Origin: Eledone cirrhosa
Taxonomy: Eukaryota
Length of the DNA: 64,000 nucleotides
Direction of reading: 5' to 3'
Assembly (NCBI GenBank): GCA_964016885.1
Contig: OZ024752.1
Coordinates: 22,258,001 to 22,322,000, forward strand
Of the stretch, positions 1-14,247 are shown one piece after another. How positions within the stretch are numbered: position 1 is the first letter of the stretch; every line of letters begins with the position of its first letter. The position numbers were made by a program, and so were the translations under genes. The notes beneath the pieces were generated by a model. It saw only the letters and a list, made by a program, of their open reading frames with translations. It was not told the origin of the DNA and did no database searches.

Positions 1-125
1 GCCAGTCTGCTGATATGCAAATCTGGCTGATCAGTGGATCTGCTAATATGCAAACCAAACCGATCAGTCACTGTATATTTTAGAACATAGCATATATTTT
101 CACTAGCCCTGACAGTTGGCAGGTG

Positions 126-185
126 AACAGTGAGCTGTACTGATGAAGGGTGATACCCAGAAACATTAGTGTCTGCAGTTCTGTT
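126..185 (+). ncRNA. Type I minimal hammerhead ribozyme (PLE-associated type)
   Basis: Stem I GAGCTGTA/TGCAGTTC (two G-U pairs, extended by AACAG/CTGTT); core CTGATGA; stem II GGGT-GAT-ACCC; GAAAC; GTC cleavage triplet. Confidence 0.75.
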
Positions 186-745
186 TGCATGTCAACACAA
201 GAGCAAGAATGAGGGGTTCATTCTACTGACATGGCTGACAAAGGCTTGTTTTCATAATTGCAAACGAATGGTGAATAAATAGCCGAACTTGTCAAGGGGG
301 TATTCCTTATATGGGAAGATTGTAGTTGTCAAGAGGATTGGTTAAAATTTGTTGTAAACACAAATAAGTCTATTGTGGCATTTGGTGGGAGGTAGGGGTG
401 GCTGAACTTGCTTGTAGAACAGTAGGGGAGTGAGTGGAGCGGTCAAGCGTTGAAGTTGATATGTATACAGCAGATTCTAAGGATAGTGTATGAAGTGGAG
501 TAGTGAGGTTATAGAATAGGTAAATCGAAAGGGAGTAGGAGACAATAAAACATAATAGAAAGAAATAAAAAAATATATAAAATTAGATAGTGAGATATGA
601 ATAAAAAAATTCACAATGCTATCTTACAATTACAGGTTAATAAGTTGAGAATAGAAAAAACTTGTAGAATGAGTAGTAACAAAACTGATACAATATTAAA
701 GGGGTTTTAACACATCTGCTATAAGTAGTTAGTAAAACGTATTCG

Positions 746-1091
746 GAGAGGGAGAAAATTAACCGATACCAGGATTTAAAATGGGAGGTAAAAAGGATTT
801 GGAACTGCCATGAAGTGAAAGTGGTCCCGATTGTCATAAGCGCACTAGGTACTATCTCAAAAAGTTTCCAGGGATGGTTAAAGAAAATTGGCCCCGCCCC
901 GCTTTTTGGAACACTTCAAAAGGCATGCTTGCTGGGAACAGCAAGAACCCTCCGATATGTCCTGAATATCTGAGGCTGCAGGTAGCAGCTTGATATTCAT
1001 TTCAACAAACTTTCCAGTTAAATAACATCAATGACTGAGACTCAAAGAACAACAACAACAACAACAACAACAATAATAATAATAATAATAA
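746..1091 (+). mobile_element. 3' fragment of Dong/R4-clade LINE (restriction-like endonuclease C-terminus, 3'UTR, (CAA)n(TAA)n tail)
   Basis: Hand translation of 746-973 gives EREKINRYQDLKWEVKRIWNCHEVKVVPIVISALGTISKSFQGWLKKIG...LQKACLLGTARTLRYVLNI*, typical of the R4/Dong RLE end. Microsatellite tail at about 1048-1091. Confidence 0.8.
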
Positions 1092-1092
1092 T

Positions 1093-4085
1093 GATTTCTT
1101 TATTAACCACAAGGGTTTACATAAAGTAGACATTAAGGACAGTACAGGACAATACAGGGTGGTACAAATGGGCATTTCTGCGTGTAAAAAAAACAAGAAA
1201 CAGAGGATGTAATAATAGAACAATGAAAACATTCCCCAATAGGGGGGAGACTTCCGAGGGACATTGGTGGAGAAAGCCCATTAAAAAGCCACAGTTACCC
1301 TTACCACCAAGGCAAGTGCCCTCTCCCAGTTTTCCACCTTTAATTTACAGACACATACTCAGGGCCATTCTTGCCTCTCTGACCCATCTTTCAACAAAAT
1401 GCTGGGAAGATTCCTTTTCAAATGAAATTTGAAAAAGTTAATCAGAGCATCACCGAAGAGGTAAGTTCTCGTCTTCAGCCCTTTCAAACGTGTCCACCAT
1501 ACTATCTCTTTCGCCATGGCCACCAGACAGATAAAAACTGCCTGCCCTTCCCGGCTAAAGGAAGAGGGCCGGCCACTCCTCACGATGGACTCAGCTGATA
1601 GCTGGATACGTCCCACACGCGACAGCAGGTGATCGACATAAACCCACAAGTCAGCAATGCTCTGACACTGGACGAGTGCGTGCAGGACGGTTTCGTCGCC
1701 CTGCACGCATCTCGGACATGCCCGGCTGACAGCACCTCCATGCCTGTAGAGTTTATCCCGAACTGGCAAAGCTCCTCGGTAGCACTGCCAGGCCAGGGAT
1801 TTCTGGAAGTTGTCCATAGGCCCCGGCCCGAAAGTCCTTCCGAAGAGTTTGGCTAGTTGATTTTCGTCGACGCCTAGAGTTTCTCCAAGTACATCGTCGC
1901 TCTTCCCCTCCACTAATATTCTATAGAACGCCAAGGTGGAGTTTCCACCGATCACATTGCCCGATTGGTCGAGGGCTGTGAGCGCCTGAAGACATTCCAG
2001 TCTCCAAGCGCTTCCTCTCGGTCTTCGCTTGACCCAGGACTGCAGCTCCGTCAAGGAGACGAGCTGGGGAAAGACGCGTCTAGCAAACGGCGACCACACC
2101 TGATCACCGTCGAGGAAGAGGTGGAGATGTCGTAGCCTGAGCGCGTTTCTGTGCATCATCCGCCACGGCATGCCCAGCCCTCCACGTAGCGGGTGTTGAC
2201 AGCAGATGGACCGCCTGACCATCGGAGCGCGTCCCTTCCACAAAAAGCGAAAGAGCAAACGCTCCAGCGTAGTCAGGCGGGGCTTAGGACAACGTACGAC
2301 GGTCAGGCGGTAGTAGATGACGGACACGATGTACGTGTTAGCCACCTCCGCTCGACCTTTCAGGGATAGCTTCCTCTCGGCCCATTTCTGGGTGAGAGAA
2401 GCCACCCTGCTCGTCACCTCGTCCCAGTTTTTGTCCGTCTGGAGGTCCGGACCGAACCAGACCCCGAGCAATTTAACTGGTCCGTCCGTCCAGCGCCTGA
2501 CGACGCTGTTGGACGGCATGGACCTGCCTCTCCAGGTGCCGAGCTGCAGGCCCACTGACTTTTCCTGGTTGATCATTGCTCCTGTCACCGCTTCGTATTC
2601 TCTTAGTGTAGTGCCGATCGCCTCGATGTGTTTGGCGTTTGACACCATTACGGTGACATCGTCCGCATATGCTGACACGGATCTTCCGCATCCTAGTTTG
2701 CGCGGGACCCCTCTCAACGTCTCCAGTTTGTGCAGTAATGGCTCGAGAGTCAATACGTACAAGAGGGACGAGAGGGGACATCCTTACCGAGCGCATGATG
2801 TTGAACGGTTCCGAAAGGTGACCGTTCACTCTCACCACAGAGCAGATGTCGCTGTGCATGGCAGCGATCCAGCCTCTGAAGACGGGCCCAAAGCCAGCCG
2901 CCCCCAGGACTGCCGCTAGGTAACGATGGTCGACCCTATCGAAAGCTTTCGACTGATCTAAATTGATCAAGGACCCACCCGTGCCAGGTTCCCTAGCTAC
3001 CCTCTCTACGATGTATCGCATGAGGTGGAGGTTGTCGTGGATGGATCTGTCGGGAATGGCGCATGTCTGCGCCTCTCCCACCAGACCACCAACGACAAGC
3101 GCCAACCTCTTTGCTAGCACCTTGGCCAAATTCTTGAACTCTGTGATTAGCAGAGTTATGGGCCTGAAATTATCTATGTTATCCCCCTTGTTCGGATCCT
3201 TTCTCAGCAGTGCCACCGCTCCTCGGCTCTCAGAGCTGGGAATTCTCCCGTTCTGTTGCCAGTTGCAGTAGACGTCCGCCAAGAGGCCTCCGAACAAGTC
3301 TGGCATCTGTACGTAAAGTTCATAGGGCAGACCATCCAGTCCGTCGAGGTAGACACTAAAGTCCATCCCTCGACCCGGCCCACGGCTGCCCCCGAACAGC
3401 TGAGCGAAGTGTCGCTGAAAAGCTTCACACATTTGCCCGGGATCGAGTAGCATGCGCTCGTCGTGGTCCACCAAAGACCGGATCGTGGCTTTGTTGCCAC
3501 GACGCGCCTCCGCCACTCAGGCCCATTGAACGCCTTTCGTCCCCTCGTGTCTGAGAGCACGCACCCTAGCTCTGACAACGCAGCCTTCGTGCTTTGCATT
3601 GAAGAATTGGCCAATTTCGCCGCAAGTACGTCGGTCGCGATGCCTTTGCTAAGCGCCTCGTCTAATTTTCTAACTAATTCTCCCTCTGCTCTATTTTTCT
3701 CTATTGCTAAAGCCTTACTAAACCTAATGGACTCTATTCTAATCGCTAATCCGGTCTAATCTAGTTCGCTAATCCGGTCTCTGTAGGCCTTGCGCACTGG
3801 TAAGGACCGTTTAGCTTCCAGTAGCCGGGTCCTCGTCTATGAAGCCTATCTAAGTCAAGCACACAGATCACGAATTCGTGGTCCGTGTAGCTGACTATCT
3901 TGACTTGTGGACAGCCTATGCTAGACGTATCTATTTCCCTACAAAATACTCTGTCTAGATATGATCTGGATGACCCTATACGATTTGTCCAAGTCCACAT
4001 TGGCACATTCGGGAAATCCAATCGGTACCTGTCAGACAGTTCAAAACGCCTGAGCAGGTTGGTGAGACTCTTGCACCCTCCTCCC
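1093..4085 (-). mobile_element. 5'-truncated Tx1/L1-clade LINE, ORF2 pseudogene (APE end, RT, zf-RVT)
   Basis: ORF fragments contain SYLDRVF/YTDH/GPGYWKLN (APE), LDQSKAFDRVDH and AYADDV (RT), and CPRC..ETVLHALVQC. Frameshifts and a deletion are present. AATAAA is followed by (ATT)n on the minus strand near 1090-1104. Confidence 0.9.
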
Positions 4086-5220
4086 CAATTTAAAATCCTT
4101 TTTCTCAAAGGTAGATATATATATATATACATATATAATTCTTTAAAAATATACCCATCTTTCTACCTTATTTCAATGTTATTTATTATACATTATATAA
4201 TACTAGTTACTCATTCTATATCACTCCCTTTCTTCCTTTTTTCGTTTAATTTCTAACCTCTAATCTGTACCTTTTCTTCCTAGATACTTCTCAATTCTCA
4301 TTATTACTCACCACAATATATCCACTCTTCCTTCTTCCATCCTATCACTGGCCATAAAATTTACTATTACCTTTTAAATAATTTATAGTATCACCTTGAA
4401 AAATCCTTCGTAAACATAAACATTTTTTTGACGTTAGATTATTCATCCTCAATTCATTATTTTTTCTCCCTTTCATGCTCGTCTAACTTCTACATATTAC
4501 TCATCACAACACATAAAATCAAACTTAAACCCTAACTAATCTCTTTTATTACCATTAGGAAATACTTCATAAACATACATATTTTGATGTTAAGGTCTTC
4601 TCCTTAAACACTATCTCCTTCTTTGCTTTCTTTGCTCATTTGTAAACAAACTATTTACATATATTAATTCATCCACTCTTCTACTTCTTTTCACAATATA
4701 TCCTTAATTACATTACTATTTTTATATTTTTTTTAATAATACATATCAACAATTTCTTTCCATCTCACATATTAAACCCTTCAATATTCAAACCTTAACT
4801 TCATATTATTCTTAATACATATTAACAATTTCTTTTCATCGCACATATTATTAAACCCTTCAATATACAAACCTTAATTTAACATTATTCTTAAATTTTT
4901 CTCTTCGTTAATTTTCAAATTCTTTTAATTTATATATTATCTTCCAACGGTTTTTTAACCTCTCTCTGTAAAACAATATATTTTTCTCAGTTATAAAAGC
5001 TATATCTCTCTCTATCATCCATCTCTCCTCCTATCTCATCCTCCCTTATTATACTCCCCCACCTCCATTCTTTACTCTCATCTCCTCCTCTTTTTAATCC
5101 CCCCCCCCCCCAATTTTTTTTTCCCCAATATCACACATCAATCTAAAACTACTTTTCATATGTTGATTTAAAACTGCACCATTCACAAGTGTTTTTTAAC
5201 CTTCATATCATGTTTCCCTA

Positions 5221-5286
5221 TTTTATCTGACGAAAACGCAAATGTAATCGCATGATGATATTTTTTTTGAAATGCGCATAATAAAA
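5221..5286 (+). ncRNA. Degenerate type I hammerhead motif (PLE pseudo-LTR type)
   Basis: TTTTAT-CTGACGA...GAAA-TGCGCA-TA-ATAAAA: stem I is 6 bp and stem III is palindromic, but stem II pairs poorly. Confidence 0.5.
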
Positions 5287-5414
5287 TATATGAAACTCTT
5301 TTAACCATCTTTTGATCTTATATATTATTTATACTCCAGTCCTACAAACTGTAGAGTGCTACTTATCCGATACCTGCATTGCTTTATTGTACTACAATAA
5401 AACTCACCTCCTAC

Positions 5415-5483
<69 letters not shown>

Positions 5484-5593
5484 GCCCTTGAAAAAATTGA
5501 TTCCACTTCATTCACTCTCATCTCGGGAACAGTTTTGGATAGCGCTAGTTCGTAATTTGAATTCAAGAATTTTATATTCTTCGAATGAAAAGA

Positions 5594-5677
5594 ACCTTCT
5601 GACGAGAATCTTTCTTTGCAACGAAGGCCGTATGGCCTCTGTTTTTTGGGGGGGATTCGAAACCGATCGGTAAAGGT
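5594..5677 (+). ncRNA. Type I hammerhead with extended stem II, copy 1
   Basis: ACCTT-CTGACGA-GAATC[insert]GATTC-GAAAC-CGATCG-GTA-AAGGT; predicted cut after 5672. Confidence 0.8.
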
Positions 5678-6078
5678 AACTATAGTAGGTAAAGTCAATT
5701 TTTTAAAATTTATTTTGAAACTTTTTCATTATTTGCTAAACCTTGTTTATATATGTTCTGGCTCGTTAATTTATTAACCTGCCATTGAACCACATTGGCA
5801 TTTGGTTGGACAATACATGCGTCCCTTAGCGCCTTGTGCGTGAAGGAACACATATCCTATTATTACTATTCTCCCCTATTGTTGAGAAGCAAATTTGGTC
5901 GTTCCGACTGCTGCTAGTGATAGTTGCGGCCGGTTGACCTACCTCCCTCTGCCTCTATCTTTACTTCGGCCCTTGAAAAAATTGATTCCACTTCATTCAC
6001 TCTCATCTCGGGAACAGTTTTGGATAGCGCTAGTTCGTAATTTGAATTCAAGAATTTTATATTCTTCGAATGAAAAGA

Positions 6079-6161
6079 ACCTTCTGACGAGAATCTTTCT
6101 TTGCAACGAAGGCCGTATGGCCTCTGTTTTTTGGGGGGATTCGAAACCGATCGGTAAAGGT
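6079..6161 (+). ncRNA. Type I hammerhead with extended stem II, copy 2
   Basis: Same motif as copy 1; GTA at 6154-6156. Confidence 0.8.
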
Positions 6162-6562
6162 AACTATAGTAGGTAAAGTCAATTTTTTAAAATTTATTTT
6201 GAAACTTTTTCATTATTTGCTAAACCTTGTTTATATATGTTCTGGCTCGTTAATTTATTAACCTGCCATTGAACCACATTGGCATTTGGTTGGACAATAC
6301 ATGCGTCCCTTAGCGCCTTGTGCGTGAAGGAACACATATCCTATTATTACTATTCTCCTCTATTGTTGAGAAGCAAATTTGGTCGTTCCGACTGCTGCTA
6401 GTGATGGTTGCGGCCGGTTGACCTACCTCCCTCTGCCTCTATCTTTACTTCGGCCCTTGAAAAAATTGATTCCACTTCATTCACTCTCATCTCGGGAACA
6501 GTTTTGGATAGCGCTAGTTCGTAATTTAAATTCAAGAATTTTATATTCTTCGAATGAAAAGA

Positions 6563-6647
6563 ACCTTCTGACGAGAATCTTTCTTTGCAACGAAAGCCGT
6601 ATGGCCTCCGTTTATTTTTTTGGGATTCGAAACCGATCGGTAAAGGT
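6563..6647 (+). ncRNA. Type I hammerhead with extended stem II, copy 3
   Basis: Same motif with GTA at 6640-6642; differences within the motif are confined to the stem-II insert. Confidence 0.8.
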
Positions 6648-6827
6648 AACTATAGTAGGTAAAGTCAATTTTTTAAAATTTATTTTGAAACTTTTTCATT
6701 ATTTGCTAAACCTTGTTTATATATGTTCTGGCTCGTTAATTTATTAACCTGCCATTGAACCACATTGGCATTTGGTTGGACAATACATGCGTCCCTTAGC
6801 GCCTTGTGCGTGAAGGAACACATATCC

Positions 6828-6991
<164 letters not shown>

Positions 6992-7229
6992 GATCGAGTA
7001 TCGAAAAAACGGCGCACGAGTTCACGATAAACGAGATTCGACATGAGCGGCAGAGGGCTCAATAATTCAGATGAATCAGAGCTATAACTATCGTTAAAAT
7101 ACCGTCACATATAGAACAAGTCTACAATCAACCATACGATATAAAATCGATAAAGGAAGATTCGGGACAAACAGATAAAAAATATCAATAAAACAATACG
7201 TCAATATATATATATATATATTGTTATAC

Positions 7230-8236
7230 TTGGGGAGCGTCATATTTGCGTAATATTGCCAGAATTAATAACAGAACACACTCACTGTTTGGTTGGTTTT
7301 CGCTTCTCGCTGTCTTTTATATCTGCAATCTAACTTACTCGGTCCTCAATGTTGCCATTGACTGACCGACTGTCAAAAATAATACAGATACAATATAGAC
7401 ACAAACACATATATATAGTTTACATAATTTACATAAATCTTTCGTTGCACATCTGCAACATCGTCAGTGGTGTTATATTTTTTCCTCCTGTTGTGTTGTA
7501 TGTCTACGCCATTTTTTATTCAGTCTGTCTATATATTTATTTATTTATTTGCTTGTTTGTCTATTTTATTTTGTCTTCTTTGCGCATGCGTTTGCGTGTG
7601 TGTATAGTGTTATGTGTGCTGTGTGACTAGTGTGTTTAGTGTTGTGTCTGCTGGGTGACTAGTGTGTGTTTATGTGCTTGTTGTTATTGTGCTTGTGTAT
7701 GTATTTATTTATCTTATTTTATTTTATTTAATTTATTTACTTATTTATACTTCTCTTAGGTCAGTGTTGTTTGTTTGGGTGTTGTTGTTGTTCCACTCAT
7801 TCTTTCTGTTTAGCTTTGGTCTTCTAATTTCTATTTCACTGGCCTCTCTGATTTGCCTATCTGCTGGGTCATTCCTATGTTTAGATATTATTCTAATTTC
7901 TATGTTGTCTATGTTACCGTCATGTTGTTGTCTAGCATGTTCGTATAGTACTGACCCGTTTTTTCGTCCTTTTAGTTCCCCCCAGTGTTGGTCTATCCTT
8001 TCACCTATGCTACGAGCTGTCTCACCTATGTATGTTGTTGTCATATTTCTGCAAGTACCCTCTGTACATCTTATGCTATAGACTACGTTTCTAGTTTTAC
8101 AGTTTATCCGGGAGTTCACCTTACATATGATACATTTCCTATTGGTACAGCGGGTTTTCTTAAAAGGGTAGGTTTTGCTGATCAGGGATTTTATGGTGGT
8201 TCCTGGCTTTTCTACCACCTTCATTTTTAAGTGGGT

Positions 8237-8238
<2 letters not shown>
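7230..8238 (-). mobile_element. Penelope-like element 3' fragment: GIY-YIG endonuclease plus 3' region
   Basis: 7745-8230 encodes CTNRKCIIC...NVVYSIRC...YIGETARSIGERIDQH...HARQQH...RQIREASEI...PKLN. An HHR-like core (CTGACGA-T-GTTGCA-GATG-TGCAAC-GAAA) lies on the minus strand at about 7440-7470. The left boundary is approximate. Confidence 0.8.
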
Positions 8239-8306
<68 letters not shown>

Positions 8307-8754
8307 ATATATGTGTAAATGAAGTAATTCCATCGGAAAAGTCCAGGAAAAAAGAGTGCTCTATGTATGCAACAGAGCTTAATTATTATTATTATGTAAT
8401 AAACAACATAAGGCAATTATTCCATTTACCAGTGGTTTCTTAAAAGCAAAAGGTTTTGCTTTCAATCCTCAGAATGAAAAATCCTGGTTTGTTTATTGAA
8501 TATGGATCCTAAAAACAAAAATGCAATCTATATGAAAGTGAGGCTGGAAAAGGGAGAAGGAAAGGAAAAATAAAATAAAACTACACATGCAAACACACAA
8601 AAAAAAAACACAAAAGCATACTTACACACACATACATATATACATATATATAAATGTACGCATACACATATACATATACACATATATAAAGCGTACACCT
8701 ACACACACATACACATATATATACACACATATACACATACATACATTCATACAT

Positions 8755-8793
<39 letters not shown>

Positions 8794-8822
8794 CACATAC
8801 ACACACACATATATATACATGT

Positions 8823-8897
<75 letters not shown>

Positions 8898-9269
8898 TGT
8901 GTGTGTACAAGCATACACATACACACACACATATATATACACATACATACATTCACACAAACATACAACGTACATACATACACATACATGAATGCACTCC
9001 ACTACATATTCACACACGCAAATAAATATAAGAAAAAAATATATAAATATATATTAACAAATTTTTGACAGCGATACATGCCCCAGCTAACAGGACAGAC
9101 ACGCATGGTAAGTAATACACACAAAAGCACATATACATACGTACGAAATAGTAAACACATACACACACTCTCACACATAAATATACATATACAAATATAT
9201 AAACACGTACATACACAAACACGTACACATATACAATATAAACACACACATGTATATGTAATTATATAT

Positions 9270-9316
<47 letters not shown>

Positions 9317-9651
9317 CAAAAATATAAAAATATAAACGCACACACACATATAAATACGTAAACACACATATACATACATAGCTAAACAATTATACACATG
9401 CATACACATACACACACACATATACATGTGTGTATGTGTAAAGCTCAGTATTAGATAAGACAAATGAACCTTACATAAACGTATATATAGTAGTAAAGTA
9501 ATAAAGTCATACAAGGCAATTAATCCATTCACCAGAGGTTTCTTAAAAGCAAAAAAAGTTTCCTTCAATCTTCAGAATGGAAAAAAGGCTGGTTTATCCA
9601 CATATACATACATATACACACACAAATATACAATTATATACACACATACAC

Positions 9652-9704
<53 letters not shown>

Positions 9705-11110
9705 CATACACAAACACATACATACACATATACATATATACACATATATATATACACACAAAAATACATACACATACACATAGGTATGTGAAGGGCAAAA
9801 CAAAAAGAATATATGGGGGGGGGGGCTAAGAGGAGGTAAAAATATAAGGGGAGGTAAGGGAGAAAATTTTTTTTTAAATATACAAGAGTACAGAAGGTAG
9901 AATCAGCAAAATAAAAACCGTAGCAAAAGTAAAGAGCAGAGAAGGAATTCAAGGCGGTTGATTTATCGTAGGAGTGTCAATCCAGTTACAGATCAGATGT
10001 GATTTCAGATGAGGACAGCATCTGAAGATCTCAGTCTTTGAGTTAAGGCAAGCGGAAGTGGCTCTCAAGTTTAGCAAAATCCTATACTTTTCTGTGGTAC
10101 ACAAAGAACAATTCTTTGTGCCCCTTTGGTACTCCCTCGAATGGTCTAATATAGACCAATCAATAGAGTACGGGATATTACTATCCTTGAGATCCCATAC
10201 CTTACTTGCGAGGGCCGTTGGTGTTCGTTTATCTGAGTGTTTAAAAGAAGCGACATGTGAGTAAAATCTGGTTTTAAACCTGTCCTGGGTCATACCGACA
10301 TATCGCTCACTTCTGGCTGGCTGGTTGTTGATAACTGGCGTTATCTTAGCCTCATAAACGACAGATTTTGTGTTACATTTACCCTGCAATGGGCATTCAT
10401 CCGGCTTCCTGCAACTGCATCCTGGATTTATCCTCGTACGGTTTGAACTGGTGATTTTGGACTTCATGGATGGGCAACAAGAGTAGCTGATCTTAACTAC
10501 ATTCCTATTAAAAATCTTATAATATCTATGAATAGGAGGAAAATGTTTGTCTAATAGTTCAAGGAATTTCCTTCCTACATTAGTTTTGACATTTAGAGAG
10601 AAGGGGGGTGTGAACCAAATAATCTTCCTTTTCCTGTTATTATGGTTAGTTTTAGGGGGGGGGAGTAGGTAAATAAGAAATATTTTCTGTAAAACCGCTG
10701 TTCTTAAGGGCTTTATTATAATAAGGGGCGGCTTTATTAAAAATGTCTATAGACGAAGATAAGGTAGAAATCCTACGGCTAATGTTAGGAATAAGATTAT
10801 TAAAAACTATAGGGGGATGGCAAGACTCTTTGTGTATATACCTAAGATTTTCATTAGGTTTATGATAGGGTTTAAAAGAGGCAGTAAGTAGATCAAGATT
10901 AATATCAAGAAAGTTAGCATTAGTAAGGTTCGTATCTATAGTAATTTTAAGGTTAAGATTAGCAAAAGTACTAATTAAATCTTTACGGAATTTATCAAGA
11001 TTATGGCCGTTGGTGGTATGAGAAACTGCTAATCCGTCATCACGGTATAAACCGATATTATGGGACGGAAATTTCTCTTTGAGTGTGTGGAGAAGGAATA
11101 ATCCTACTAA

Positions 11111-12980
11111 GTTTAATTTTCAAACTAAACTTTCTAACGATATCTCTAATTTTAGAAATTCTACAAACACTTTCGTTCTTTCTGATAAAACTAAAAACCT
11201 CTTTGAAGTTAATAGTAATTTGTATAACCAACTTTTAACAAATAGTATTACCAATAAATATCAATTAACTAATAATAATAGCTACAATACTATCAATAAA
11301 GAAGCTAAAGAACTAGCTAGTTCTTTACAAATAGATAACCGGATTGAAAGCTTAGCTAAGCGTAAAGAATATATTACCCTTAAAGACCATAAATTGGACT
11401 TTACTAATCGACCTAGTTGTAGACTGATTAACCCGGCTAAATCCGAGGTTGGCCTTGCTAGTAAGAAAATCTTAAGAAAAATAATTCTCCAAATTAGAAC
11501 TAACACTGTCCTTTCACAGTGGCTAAATACTTCCTCTGTTATTTCTTGGTTCAATAATATACAAGGTAAAATTAAGTGTAGATTTACCCAATTTGATATT
11601 GTCGATTTTTACCCTTCTATTACTGTTTCCTTATTAACTAAAGCCTTAGATTTTGCAAGACCCTTCATTAATATCTCCAAATTAGAAGAGGACATTATCT
11701 TTCATGCTAGAAAAACTTTACTTTTTACTAATGATAATATTTGGGTTAAAAAGTCAAACCCTGAAAACTCTTTCGATGTTGCAATGGGTTCCTATGACAG
11801 TGCGGATGTGTGCGATTAAGTAGGATTATTCCTTCTCCACACACTCAAAGAGAAATTTCCGTCCCATAATATCGGTTTATACCGTGATGACGGATTAGCA
11901 GTTTCTCATACCACCAATGGCCATAATCTTGATAAATTCCGTAAAGATTTAATTAGTACTTTTGCTAATCTTAACCTTAAAATTACTATAGATACGAACC
12001 TTACTAATGCTAACTTTCTTGATATTAATCTTGATCTACTTACTGCCTCTTTTAAACCCTATCATAAACCTAATGAAAATCTTAGGTATATACACAAAGA
12101 GTCTTGCCATCCCCCTATAGTTTTTAATAATCTTATTCCTAACATTAGCCGTAGGATTTCTACCTTATCTTCGTCTATAGACATTTTTAATAAAGCCGCC
12201 CCTTATTATAATAAAGCCCTTAAGAACAGCGGTTTTACAGAAAATATTTCTTATTTACCTACTCCCCCCCCCCCTAAAACTAACCATAATAACAGGAAAA
12301 GGAAGATTATTTGGTTCACACCCCCCTTCTCTCTAAATGTCAAAACTAATGTAGGAAGGAAATTCCTTGAACTATTAGACAAACATTTTCCTCCTATTCA
12401 TAGATATTATAAGATTTTTAATAGGAATGTAGTTAAGATCAGCTACTCTTGTTGCCCATCCATGAAGTCCAAAATCACCAGTTCAAACCGTACGAGGATA
12501 AATCCAGGATGCAGTTGCAGGAAGCCGGATGAATGCCCATTGCAGGGTAAATGTAACACAAAATCTGTCGTTTATGAGGCTAAGATAACGCCAGTTATCA
12601 ACAACCAGCCAGCCAGAAGTGAGCGATATGTCGGTATGACCCAGGACAGGTTTAAAACCAGATTTTACTCACATGTCGCTTCTTTTAAACACTCAGATAA
12701 ACGAACACTAACGGCCCTCGCAAGTAAGGTATGGGATCTCAAGGATAGTAATATCCCGTACTCTATTGATTGGTCTATATTAGACCGTTCGAGGGAGTAC
12801 CAAAGGGGCACAAAGAATTGTTCTTTGTGTACCACAGAAAAGTATAGGATTTTGCTAAACTTGAGAGCCACTTCCGCTTGCCTTAACTCAAAGACTGAGA
12901 TCTTCAGATGCTGTCCTCATCTGAAATCACATCTGATCTGTAACTGGATTGACACTCCTACGATAAATCAACCGCCTTGA
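11111..12980 (+). pseudogene. PLE reverse transcriptase + C-terminal GIY-YIG endonuclease, 5'-truncated, one in-frame stop (probably Hydra clade)
   Basis: One reading frame by hand translation: FDIVDFYPSI, FDVAMGSYDSADVCD*VG, GLYRDDGLA, NFLDINLDL, RKIIWFTPPFS, CSCRKPDECPLQGKC, VVYEA...YVGMT. TAA at 11817-11819. The clade assignment is from memory. Confidence 0.88.
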
Positions 12981-13219
12981 ATTCCTTCTCTGCTCTTTAC
13001 TTTTGCTACGGTTTTTATTTTGCTGATTCTACCTTCTGTACTCTTGTATATTTAAAAAAAAATTTCTCCCTTACCTCCCCTTATATTTTTACCTCCTCTT
13101 AGCCCCCCCCCCCATATATTCTTTTTGTTTTGCCCTTCACATACCTATGTGTATGTGTATGTATTTTTGTGTGTATATATATATGTGTATATATGTATAT
13201 GTGTATGTATGTGTTTGTG

Positions 13220-13285
<66 letters not shown>

Positions 13286-13360
13286 CGTGTGTGTATGTGT
13301 GTATATAATTGTATATTTGTGTGTGTATATGTATGTATATGTGGATAAACCAGCCTTTTT

Positions 13361-13418
13361 TCCAGTCTGAAGATTGAAGGAAACTTTTTTTGCTTTTAAG
13401 AAACCTCTGGTGAATGGA
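13361..13418 (+). ncRNA. Hammerhead motif in PLE 3' region, non-cleavable GTG triplet (mirror at 9524-9581, minus)
   Basis: TCCA(G/T)T-CTGAAGA-TTGAAGG...CTTTTAA-GAAAC-CTCTG-GTG-AATGGA. Confidence 0.65.
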
Positions 13419-13625
13419 TTAATTGCCTTGTATGACTTTATTACTTTACTACTATATATACGTTTATGTAAGGTTCATTTGTCTTATCTAATACTGAGCT
13501 TTACACATACACACATGTATATGTGTGTGTGTATGTGTATGCATGTGTATAATTGTTTAGCTATGTATGTATATGTGTGTTTACGTATTTATATGTGTGT
13601 GTGCGTTTATATTTTTATATTTTTG

Positions 13626-13672
<47 letters not shown>

Positions 13673-14045
13673 ATATAATTACATATACATGTGTGTGTTT
13701 ATATTGTATATGTGTACGTGTTTGTGTATGTACGTGTTTATATATTTGTATATGTATATTTATGTGTGAGAGTGTGTGTATGTGTTTACTATTTCGTACG
13801 TATGTAGATGTGCTTTTGTGTGTATTACTTACCACGCGTGTCTGTCCTGTTAGCTGGGGCATGTATCGCTGTCAAAAATTTGTTAATATATATTTATTTT
13901 CTTATATTTATTTGTGTGTGTGAATATGTAGTGGAGTGCATTCATGTATGTGTATGTATGTACGTTGTATGTTTGTGTGAATGTATGTATGTGTATATAT
14001 ATATATGTGTGTGTGTATGTGTATGCTTGTACACACACATGTGTG

Positions 14046-14088
<43 letters not shown>

Positions 14089-14197
14089 GTGTACATGTAT
14101 ATATATGTGTGTGTGTATATGTGTGTGTGTGTGTATGTATGAATGTATGTATGTGTATATGTGTGTATATATATGTGTATGTGTGTGTAGGTGTACG

Positions 14198-14247
<50 letters not shown>

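Noticed and set aside
1629-3759. Plus-strand ORFs over the Tx1 element
   Set aside because: Antisense shadows of a GC-rich LINE ORF2.
4130-5220. AT-rich stretch as a possible gene or PLE ORF
   Set aside because: I could not recover a recognisable motif by eye; left unassigned.
5488-6747. Repeated short ORFs (KKLIPLHSLSS...) in the 485-bp unit
   Set aside because: They use non-ATG starts, the frame differs between copies through homopolymer indels, and no domain is recognisable.
8581-9952. Many YI/CV/HT-rich ORFs (also 13125-14395, 16768-17129, 53449-54060)
   Set aside because: They are translations of (TA)n/(CA)n microsatellites.
11079-12980. Selenocysteine-recoding Naiad element
   Set aside because: The stop is TAA rather than TGA, the mirror arm has TTA, and the endonuclease is C-terminal, unlike Naiads.
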